The notes below the pieces were generated by a model. That model did not search any database. It had not been told where the DNA came from and saw nothing but the letters and a program-made list of their open reading frames with translations. Below are positions 8,063-15,734 of a DNA stretch of 64,000 nt, one piece after another. This DNA is from Parcubacteria group bacterium Licking1014_17. GTDB lineage: Bacteria > Patescibacteriota > Minisyncoccia > 2-02-FULL-40-12 > IGHO2-01-FULL-4-A. Every line of letters begins with the position of its first letter. Positions within the stretch are counted from its first letter, which is position 1. Location: positions 6,717-70,716 of the forward strand of contig VMGJ01000004.1 in the NCBI GenBank assembly GCA_007376485.1, given 5' to 3'. Both the position numbers and the translations under genes were made by a program.

Positions 8063-11000
8063 ATGGAAATCATACCGGCACCAGTAAAGACACCTTTTTA
8101 TAAAAAACCTGGTTTTTGGTTTCTGACCCTTTTGTTTTTGCTTCTCATCAGGGCGGAAGTTTATGTGTTGAGCGTTGACCGGCAGGTAAACCAAGTTGCC
8201 CTAATAAGCGCCACAGGCGCCGGCTGCACGACTCTTGCCCATCCCATCGCGGTAAAAGTCAGCATGCCGAATTCTCAAGAAAGCGGCTGGTTCATTGGGG
8301 TGGGTGATATCCCCGGCGCTGCCGCCTTTGACGAATCAAACATTAAAGCAGCTATTCAGAATTGGCCAGACGTTGACGGGCTTTTCGTTGGCACGGCCAA
8401 CGGTGATGGCGCGGGCGGTCCTGATGGTACTACCGATGACCGCGCCGGCTGGTTCATTATGGACTGGGGTTGTTTTAAAGATTTAGCCGGAAACGACATC
8501 GCTGAACAAGAATACGGCGTAAACGAAGGAGGAGACATATATGTGGGAACAAGCGCCACAAGCTTAAATGTTAACCCCACGCATCTATCGGGCAATCCCA
8601 ACGCTTCGGGCTGGAAGTATGTAAGCAGCATATCAGAATCCGGTTGTAGCAATTGTCTCAATAGTTTCGATATAGGATTAAATAACGGCGCTGAGTACAA
8701 ATATGTCTATTTTTGGAGCAATGGCAGTCCGGCGGGGTGCGCACCGAGTTGCATCCAACAAGAAATAGATAATGGCACCTGCAAATGCGGGATAGATGAT
8801 AGGTCTTGTGGTTGTCGTGCCAATGGAACCGTGGGGATTTCCGGTTCCAATGTTCAATATATAGAAATACTACAATCACAAAACGGCGGCACGCCTACCC
8901 CGACGCCCAAACCGACGTCTACGCCAACCTCGACACCAACCCAACAGAGTAATAATTCTCAGTGCGTCAGCATTTCCGCTCCCGACACAGTAGAGCAGGG
9001 CAAGACATTTGACGCCACGGTGGTAATGAAAAACACCGGCGCTAAGCCGTGGACCGACCCCGACAATCCGCCCGATCCGGTTGGAGGCAAAGCAACTCCT
9101 CATAAACTCGCTTCCACAAATCCACGTGCCAATATGACGTGGGGGCTGAATGAAGTCGGTCTGCCTGTCTCTAATGTCGACCCGGGAGAAAAGGCGACAT
9201 TTAATTTCAGCGTCACCGCTCCCGCAACCGCCGGCACTTACAGTTTCGCCTGGCAAATGAGAGAAGACTGGATTAAATGGTTTGGGGCGGTTTGCAGCAA
9301 AAACATACAAGTAGTCCAGCCGGCTCTCGTGAATAACGCCGAATGTGTGAGTATCACGGCGCCGGATTCGGTTGAAAAAGGCAAGACATTTGACGCCACG
9401 GTGGTAATGAAAAACACCGGCGCTAAGCCGTGGTCGGATCCCGACACCGACGGTAACAGTTACCCCCATAAACTCGGCTCGGATAATCCGAAAAATAATA
9501 TGAATTGGGGGCTTTCGAGAGTGAGCTTGCCGTTATCGCCCGTGTTGCCCGGCCAAACCGCGACGTTTGATTTTACCGCCACCGCTCCTTCGGTTGCCGG
9601 CATTTACGCGTTCGACTGGAGAATGGTTGAGGAATGGACCGAATGGTTTGGCACGGCGGGCTGTCATAAAAATATCGTTGTTACGGAACCCTACGTCCCT
9701 CCGCCCACCGTTGACATTAAAGCCAATAATTCTGATGGACCCATAACAATTCCCTACAACTCATCCGCCGCGTTATCATGGACATCTAAAAATACCGCGA
9801 GCTGTACCGCCTCGAACGGCTGGAGCGGAATGAAATCAATCAATGGTTCCGAATCAACCGGCGGTTTAATTTCTTCAAAAACTTATACTATTAGCTGTGT
9901 AGGCGCCAACGGAACGGCTTCTGACAGTGTTACTGTCAATGTCGAAAACCGGATATTACCCGTGGTGGATATCAATGCCAACGGCTCGGATGGACCGATT
10001 ACTGTTCCCTATAACTCATCGGTTTCTTTGACCTGGACATCAACCGATGCCGATAGTTGCTCTGCTTCCGGCGATTGGTCCGGCGGCAAAGCCACGGGCG
10101 GGACGGAAGATACCTCGGCGCTAATCAGCAGTAAGACCTATACAATCACTTGTAACAACCAGTACGGTTCGGATTCCGACAGCGTCACTGTCAATGTCGG
10201 CAGTCAAACTTTACCTTCGGTAGACGTAAAAGCCAACGGCTCGGACGGACCAATTACAATTCCTTATAATTCCACAGTGACATTGAGCTGGACTTCCATA
10301 AACGCTACTACTTGCGCCGCTTCCGGCGATTGGTCCGGCGGCAAAGCAATCAATGGTTCGGAAAATACCGGCTTACTGGCATTGAGCCGCATTTATACAA
10401 TCACCTGCGTAAATGGTTACGGTTCCGGTTCGGATAGCGTTGCCATTAATATAAGCAATCCAACCCCAACCCTGAACCCAACTCCAAGCCCGAATAGTTC
10501 CGGCTCGGTTAGCATTCAAAAATTCGGGATGAATATAACCAAGGGAGCGACGGTTGAATCCATAAGTATTACCGCCGATCCGAATGACACAGTCAGATTC
10601 GTCATCAGAGTGCGCTCTCTTTCCAATGGCTACGTCTTCAACGCCAGGGTGGTTGATACCTTGCCCAGCTGGTTAGGTTATGTAAACGGCAGCACTACTA
10701 TCGACGGTATTCTTGTCAGTGATGGCATAACGGGCGCCGGGCTGAATATCGGAACGCTTGCTCTGAATCAGGAAAAAATCATCCGTTTCGACACGGTGGT
10801 ATCGAACGCAAACATCGTCCCGCAGGGAACTTCTTACATTACAAATATCGCCTACATTGACGCCGACAACGTTGCCCGCTCCTCTGTCCAGCTGTCCATT
10901 AATATCGTAAACGGCTCCGTTCCCAACATTCCGACGGGAACTTTCGGCACAACTTTGCTGGCATTGGCGTTGAGCGCCTTACTGACGCTCGTCTACCTCA

Positions 11001-11068
11001 CATACAGAATTTTCAAGAAAAAAGGCGGCTCAAGCAAAGATAAAGATAAATTCAACTTTGCCTCTTAA
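8063..11068 (+). CDS. second large modular cell-surface protein: N-terminal TM, Cys-rich domain, PT linker, two duplicated NBR1/CARDB-like domains, three 84-aa Ig-like repeats, DUF11-like domain, sorting signal NIPTGT + TM + basic tail ending KFNFAS
   Basis: 1001 aa; shares repeat family, DUF11-like domain and C-terminal signal with ORF 4153..7230 but in a different module order. Confidence 0.85.
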   Translation: MEIIPAPVKTPFYKKPGFWFLTLLFLLLIRAEVYVLSVDRQVNQVALISATGAGCTTLAHPIAVKVSMPNSQESGWFIGVGDIPGAAAFDESNIKAAIQNWPDVDGLFVGTANGDGAGGPDGTTDDRAGWFIMDWGCFKDLAGNDIAEQEYGVNEGGDIYVGTSATSLNVNPTHLSGNPNASGWKYVSSISESGCSNCLNSFDIGLNNGAEYKYVYFWSNGSPAGCAPSCIQQEIDNGTCKCGIDDRSCGCRANGTVGISGSNVQYIEILQSQNGGTPTPTPKPTSTPTSTPTQQSNNSQCVSISAPDTVEQGKTFDATVVMKNTGAKPWTDPDNPPDPVGGKATPHKLASTNPRANMTWGLNEVGLPVSNVDPGEKATFNFSVTAPATAGTYSFAWQMREDWIKWFGAVCSKNIQVVQPALVNNAECVSITAPDSVEKGKTFDATVVMKNTGAKPWSDPDTDGNSYPHKLGSDNPKNNMNWGLSRVSLPLSPVLPGQTATFDFTATAPSVAGIYAFDWRMVEEWTEWFGTAGCHKNIVVTEPYVPPPTVDIKANNSDGPITIPYNSSAALSWTSKNTASCTASNGWSGMKSINGSESTGGLISSKTYTISCVGANGTASDSVTVNVENRILPVVDINANGSDGPITVPYNSSVSLTWTSTDADSCSASGDWSGGKATGGTEDTSALISSKTYTITCNNQYGSDSDSVTVNVGSQTLPSVDVKANGSDGPITIPYNSTVTLSWTSINATTCAASGDWSGGKAINGSENTGLLALSRIYTITCVNGYGSGSDSVAINISNPTPTLNPTPSPNSSGSVSIQKFGMNITKGATVESISITADPNDTVRFVIRVRSLSNGYVFNARVVDTLPSWLGYVNGSTTIDGILVSDGITGAGLNIGTLALNQEKIIRFDTVVSNANIVPQGTSYITNIAYIDADNVARSSVQLSINIVNGSVPNIPTGTFGTTLLALALSALLTLVYLTYRIFKKKGGSSKDKDKFNFAS
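8960..9690 (+). repeat. internal duplication (2 x ~380 bp) encoding paired NBR1/CARDB-like domains; contains an exact 54-nt repeat (8999-9052 = 9379-9432)
   Basis: ggcaagacatttgacgccacggtggtaatgaaaaacaccggcgctaagccgtgg occurs twice verbatim. Confidence 0.8.
9700..10455 (+). repeat. three tandem ~250-bp coding repeats of the same Ig-like family as 5095..6620
   Basis: Repeat consensus PTVDIKANGSDGPITIPYNSS..LSWTS.NA.SC.ASG.WSG.KA..GSE.TG.L.SSKTYTITC.N.YGSDSDSVTVNV. Confidence 0.8.
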
Positions 11069-11101
11069 ATATAATCGGAACCTCCGGCGCCAGCCGATAA
11101 T

Positions 11102-11740
11102 ATGAAACTCCGAAACCGGCTCATATTAATATTTATATCTCTGACGGTATTTTTTCTGATTATTCTCAATGGCAGATATTTATACGCGAACGTGTCCTAT
11201 CTGGTGAATAAGCCCACGCCTTTGGTAACGGCATCCAAACCTTCGGCGCAGATATTCATTCCTCCGGTGAAAGTGGCTTCGGGGCAAAAATCACTGCCCA
11301 ATAAAGCCATATTGGTAGTTCCAAAAATTAATGTCTCCATGCCGATAGTTTTCGGTATTAACGGAAACAGCATCAGCAGTATGTACGACGGGCTTAATCG
11401 CGGCGTGGTGCATTATTCCTTGTCTCCTATGCCCGGCACCATGGGCGCGGCGATGATTTTAGGACACAGTTCCGATTACATCTGGAAGAATAATCCTTAC
11501 GGAGCCGCTTTCGCTTTATTGAACAAACTCAAACCCGGGGATACGATGTTTGTGGAATACAGCGATGGTAGGAGGTTTAATTTTAAAGTCAACCAATCGG
11601 TGATATTCAACCCCCTCTCCGTTGATTCGGAAATTGAACTTATGCAGGCGGCAAAAGTGCCTTCCTTGATTCTTGTCAGCTGCTGGCCGGTCGGTTCAGT
11701 CGTCAAGCGGATAGCAGTAGAAGCGATAGCGATAAAATAG
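11102..11740 (+). CDS. sortase-family transpeptidase, paralog of 7263..7898
   Basis: Same architecture and catalytic motifs (MILGHSSDY, LILVSCWP, VKRIAVEAI); ~50% identical to the first sortase by eye. Confidence 0.75.
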   Translation: MKLRNRLILIFISLTVFFLIILNGRYLYANVSYLVNKPTPLVTASKPSAQIFIPPVKVASGQKSLPNKAILVVPKINVSMPIVFGINGNSISSMYDGLNRGVVHYSLSPMPGTMGAAMILGHSSDYIWKNNPYGAAFALLNKLKPGDTMFVEYSDGRRFNFKVNQSVIFNPLSVDSEIELMQAAKVPSLILVSCWPVGSVVKRIAVEAIAIK

Positions 11741-11794
11741 AAATTTGATAGAAACCGCCATTTTTGTTAGGATTTCTCATCATATCCGCCATAT

Positions 11795-11867
11795 CCGCCC
11801 CTAGCTCAACTGGCAGAGCAGATCCCTCTTAAGGATAAGGTTCTCGGTTCGACTCCGAGGGGGCGGA
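11795..11867 (+). tRNA. tRNA-Lys (anticodon CTT), atypical C1:G72 and G27/A43 mismatch
   Basis: Acceptor ccgcccc/ggggcgg, D-arm gctc-aactggca-gagc, anticodon loop ctCTTaa, T-arm ctcgg-ttcgact-ccgag; preceded by a duplicated 9-mer atatccgcc x2. Confidence 0.6.
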
Positions 11868-11922
11868 CAACATATTATTCCCAAAACTTGATTTTTTGAC
11901 CAGAAACTGAGATAATATAATT

Positions 11923-12180
11923 ATGAGAGGGTTCGTAAAATGCGCCCTGTGTGGTTGTATAATTTTAAAGATAGCTTTAGATATATTTCCTGTTGTCTGC
12001 AACCATTGCACAGAGGAAATAGAAAAAAAAGAGCAACCCCATATAGAAGTTTCAGTTTTTGCCAGTAAATATAATGCTCCGGCTAATAGATCATCGTATT
12101 ACTTATCTGGCGTGGGCTCGACTGGTGTGGTAGGGGCTATACCCGAATCCTTGAACGATTTTTCCAATAATCAGAAATAA
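11923..12180 (+). CDS. small Cys-containing hypothetical protein
   Basis: ORF only (85 aa; CALCGC...CNHC). Confidence 0.25.
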   Translation: MRGFVKCALCGCIILKIALDIFPVVCNHCTEEIEKKEQPHIEVSVFASKYNAPANRSSYYLSGVGSTGVVGAIPESLNDFSNNQK

Positions 12181-12320
12181 ATTAATTAAGTAAATCAATT
12201 CTAACTGCCCCAATACAGAAAATAGTGACGGGTTGGAATATTTTTCCTCCCGGCGGATAGATGAAACTCAGAAAATAGCACTTTTGGGAGTGCTATCTAT
12301 TAGAGAATCGGTTTTTTATA

Positions 12321-13631
12321 TTGTATTTTATGTTGAATCAAGAAGAACTTAAAGTATTACAGGAAATAGCCCACGAGAAAGGTGGTAAGTGTTTGTCTAA
12401 AGAATATAGGGGTTCCAATTTTAAGCTTCTCTGGGAGTGTAGCTTGGGTCACAGATGGCTATCTGCGCCCTGTAAAATAAAGGGAGGTAGATGGTGTCAT
12501 ACGTGCGCTGGAAATATCAAGTTAACTATAGATGAAATGCATAAAATCGCGAAACTTCGTGGTGGTAGATGTTTGTCTACGAAGTATACTAATATTGACA
12601 CAAAATTAGAATGGGAGTGTTCTGACGGTCATCATTGGGTTGCTACGCCAGATACTATTAAGGGAGGTGGATGGTGTCCCTATTGCGGTTTAAGAGGGAT
12701 AAGAGAGAATTTTTGCCGCTTGATATTAGAAAATATATTTAACAAAAATTTCCCTAAAGTAAGTCCAGTATGGCTAAAAACAAAAGACGGCAATAGAATG
12801 GAGCTTGATGGCTACTGTAATGATTTGAAGCTTGCTTTTGAATACCACGGAGAGCAACATTTTAAGAACTTAAAATTTTTTTACAGAAACCGTGGCTCGC
12901 TTCAACAAAGGATAACCTATGACAAGTACAAGAGGAAACTTTGTGAAAAAATACAGATAAAATTAATTGAAATCCCATATCTTATAGAGGACAAGGATAT
13001 ATATCAATACATACTAGCTAAATTGAAGGAGTTAAGAGTTAGAATCCCCAAACATAACGCCAAAAATATTTCAAAAATTAATAAGCAATATCTTAATAGT
13101 AGGTTGAAATATTTTTATCAAATAGCTAGTAAAAGAGGTGGTAAATGTTTATCTAGTGTCTATTTGGGTATCAATCATAAACTTAGATGGCGGTGCTCCG
13201 AGGGACACATATGGAAAGCAACGCCATCAAACGTAAAGAGGTACCACTGGTGCCCATCGTGTGCAGGCTGTAAGAGTTATACAATCAACAAGATTAGGGA
13301 GCTTGCGAAACTTCGTGGTGGTAAGTGTTTATCTACCGAGTATAAAGGCGCACATGGTAAACTTAAGTGGCAGTGCTCCAAAGGACACATATGGGAGACC
13401 ACACCGGACAGTATAAGGAACGGGACGTGGTGCCCCAAGTGCAATGGTAATATTAGTTACACTATTGATGAAATCAGCGAACTTGCGAAATCGTGCGGTG
13501 GCAAGTGCTTATCAAAAAAATATGGGGGTGCACATGGTAAACTTAAGTGGCAATGTTCTGAAGGACATATATGGGAAACTACACCTAATAGTATAAGGAG
13601 AGGGACATGGTGTCTAAAATGTAGAAGTTAA
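12321..13631 (+). CDS. multi-zinc-ribbon repeat protein with central Vsr/DUF559-like PD-(D/E)xK nuclease-fold domain
   Basis: Five ~45-aa repeats (R/K)GG(K/R)CLS..Y....KL.W.C..GH.W...P..I..G.WCP.C, each preceded by a helix (EI.ELAKLRGG). Central block ELDGY...LAFEYHGEQHF...YDKYKRKLCEKIQIKLIEIPY matches the lvIEvDG..H...D..R..L...G signature of DUF559/Vsr-like endonucleases. Confidence 0.6.
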   Translation: MYFMLNQEELKVLQEIAHEKGGKCLSKEYRGSNFKLLWECSLGHRWLSAPCKIKGGRWCHTCAGNIKLTIDEMHKIAKLRGGRCLSTKYTNIDTKLEWECSDGHHWVATPDTIKGGGWCPYCGLRGIRENFCRLILENIFNKNFPKVSPVWLKTKDGNRMELDGYCNDLKLAFEYHGEQHFKNLKFFYRNRGSLQQRITYDKYKRKLCEKIQIKLIEIPYLIEDKDIYQYILAKLKELRVRIPKHNAKNISKINKQYLNSRLKYFYQIASKRGGKCLSSVYLGINHKLRWRCSEGHIWKATPSNVKRYHWCPSCAGCKSYTINKIRELAKLRGGKCLSTEYKGAHGKLKWQCSKGHIWETTPDSIRNGTWCPKCNGNISYTIDEISELAKSCGGKCLSKKYGGAHGKLKWQCSEGHIWETTPNSIRRGTWCLKCRS

Positions 13632-13748
13632 GCCAAAGTATTGTTAATAGTTTTAATCTTTTCAATTTCCGTTCCAACCGTCTCCCAGGCGGACTGAATG
13701 GAGTGAAGGACGGTCGAAGCCCCGCAACTGTTTACGGGACGTAAGGAA

Positions 13749-14042
13749 TCAATTTTTTAGTGTCTCAAGATTTATCTGATTACTATATTCGATAAATCTA
13801 TTGGTATTATATCTAATTTCAATCAATTGAACCTGATAAAAACTATTATCATATCTTTGATCCTTATGTCCACCAGCGTATATTATTTTAATCATATTTT
13901 CTTCTTTTATATAAACAATTCTTGCACCCCGACGTTTGCACACATTTTCCTCTGGAAGATTTATCCCAGCGTGAAAGGTTTTATTTTGTAACTCCTTATT
14001 TTTAATGTGATGTACTGGGGTTTCTCCTTGGCATTTTACCAT
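13749..14042 (-). CDS. small RelE/ParE-like putative toxin (tentative)
   Basis: 97 aa; RRGARIVYIKEENMIKIIYAGGHKDQRY resembles the G.YRIIY...V.IL.IGHRKD.Y core of RelE/ParE; 107 nt downstream of the Panacea-domain gene. Confidence 0.35.
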   Translation of the reverse strand: MVKCQGETPVHHIKNKELQNKTFHAGINLPEENVCKRRGARIVYIKEENMIKIIYAGGHKDQRYDNSFYQVQLIEIRYNTNRFIEYSNQINLETLKN

Positions 14043-14149
14043 CTATACTTAAATAACGGATAGCTCTAGACATCTCTTTACCTAGGGTTTTATACCATCT
14101 GTCGTGGCATTTTTTTATGTCATCGAGAACATCAGAATGAATCATTACT

Positions 14150-14677
14150 TTAATCATCATTCAGATCCATCTCTCCAAAGCTATTCCGGTAGAATGCAAG
14201 ATAATATGGGATTTCCTCACCATACCCAACCATCTTGTAAGGAGGCTCAGACTGGGCTATTTTTTCTAGATCGCCCGCGGTTTCGAGTTTAAACTTTTCG
14301 ACTAGTTGTTTTAATATCCTTAATTCATTCTCATCAAAAATTTTAATATTAGGTTCGGAATTGGGTATGATTTTTTCCAAACCATAACTATTTGCCTCTT
14401 GGATATCAATAATGCCTTCATTTTTTAAGTCATTTAATGCTTTGTAGAATAATTTTGGTTCTGGCATCGGCCCATAGTCTTTTTTTGTATAAGGCAACCC
14501 CGTCAAAGACTTTCCTCGCGTAAGTTCAAACAATGTAAAATCAATAAAATATAAGAGTTTTGCCAGCTTCTTTTTTCCAACATCAAACCCCCCGTTTTTG
14601 GCTATAAACAAAACTGCATTCTTAAACTTTTCCTTATTATATTGGCTCTTTTTTGATAGTAACATTAGTAAAATCAT
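14150..14677 (-). CDS. Panacea-domain (DUF4065, SocA/GepA-like) putative antitoxin
   Basis: 175 aa; NAVLFIAKNGGFDVGKKKLAKLLYFIDFTLFELTRGKSLTGLPYTKKDYGPMPE matches the Panacea domain KL.KLLYF.D core. Confidence 0.6.
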   Translation of the reverse strand: MILLMLLSKKSQYNKEKFKNAVLFIAKNGGFDVGKKKLAKLLYFIDFTLFELTRGKSLTGLPYTKKDYGPMPEPKLFYKALNDLKNEGIIDIQEANSYGLEKIIPNSEPNIKIFDENELRILKQLVEKFKLETAGDLEKIAQSEPPYKMVGYGEEIPYYLAFYRNSFGEMDLNDD

Positions 14678-14960
14678 TATATCAGATTATGTATAAAAAG
14701 TTGACAACTAGTTGAATATGAACATAGTATGAACTTTCGTCAATATTGTTATGGTTTTTGTCCGAATCGGCAGAGATAGTTATCTATTTCATGAATAAGC
14801 AGTTTTAACCGATTTCCCAATGTCCCTCCATTTATTTAACTCCAATAATAAGCGTTCCAATTCCGTCCCACTAGGCGGACAAGTTTTATAATCTCTCCCA
14901 GAAGTGGATATTTCCCCCGCTTTTTTGTGATAAGTTATAAATAGTATCAATTTTACGTCT

Positions 14961-15734
14961 ATGAAGAAAATACTATTGATCGTCTTTGTTTCCGCCGCGG
15001 CGATGGTGTTAGCCGTGTCTTCCGCCCGAGCCGACAATGTTTACGCGATTACCGCTAGCCCCTCATATTCTGACACTTTCACTCTTGGCGGATCGGCTTT
15101 GGTCGGGTACAAAATTACATCTACCAATAGCGATGGTCAGACCGGTTGTAATGCCAGCGACGGCACGTCGGCTGTTGTCACTATAATAGCCCCTGACCAT
15201 ATAACTCCAACTCCGCCTTCGCTTACATTCACTAAATGCAGTGTCGCTAATTCTAACATTCAGGATGTGGTGTTTACCGCCGATCAAGCCGGCGATTATA
15301 TCATCGGCGCTTCGGCTTCCGACGCCGGAATTGGAACTTATGACACAGTGGCACACGGGATATTCACGCTTCATGTTTTGCCCGGATCAAGTCCAACCCC
15401 GTCTCCATCCGAAACACCTACACCTACACCATCCCCCACACCAACTCCTTCTCCAACGCCTACGCCGAGTCCTACCCCATCGCCATCTCCGACACCCACA
15501 ACGACTTTAACTCCATCGCCCACGCCGACTCCTTCTCTATCTCCCACACCGACTTCTTCCCCGACACCTACACTAACCCCGACTCCGACCCCCTCGCCCA
15601 CACCCACCCCGTCATCTACGCCATCGCCCTCGCCTTCACCATCAGACAAATTTAAAATGCCAACAATTGACAATTTCTTTATTCTAAATAAATTCCGAGC
15701 AATTTGGGCCAAGTGGCATCAGTTGGGATTCTGA
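14961..15734 (+). CDS. secreted protein: signal peptide, ~140-aa N-terminal domain, long (PTPSPT)n low-complexity linker
   Basis: ORF translation; signal peptide [24 protein letters not shown]. Confidence 0.6.
   Translation: MKKILLIVFVSAAAMVLAVSSARADNVYAITASPSYSDTFTLGGSALVGYKITSTNSDGQTGCNASDGTSAVVTIIAPDHITPTPPSLTFTKCSVANSNIQDVVFTADQAGDYIIGASASDAGIGTYDTVAHGIFTLHVLPGSSPTPSPSETPTPTPSPTPTPSPTPTPSPTPSPSPTPTTTLTPSPTPTPSLSPTPTSSPTPTLTPTPTPSPTPTPSSTPSPSPSPSDKFKMPTIDNFFILNKFRAIWAKWHQLGF

Noticed and set aside
8876-9469. 197-aa minus-strand ORF inside the second surface-protein gene
   Set aside because: Antisense to a well-supported 1001-aa gene with internal repeats; Arg/Gly-rich composition typical of spurious antisense frames.
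13632-13748. GC-rich hairpin-containing spacer (ccgtc...gacgg; cccg...cggg) between the zinc-ribbon gene and the RelE-like gene, examined as a possible tRNA fragment or att repeat of tRNA-Lys
   Set aside because: No cloverleaf can be drawn and it shares no significant identity with the 3' half of tRNA-Lys; most simply a convergent terminator region.
15371-15712. 113-aa minus-strand (GVGVG)n ORF and the periodic 6-nt DNA repeat at 15400-15650
   Set aside because: It is the antisense of the (PTPSPT)n linker of the secreted protein 14961-15734; the periodicity is a coding low-complexity linker, not a CRISPR array or satellite.
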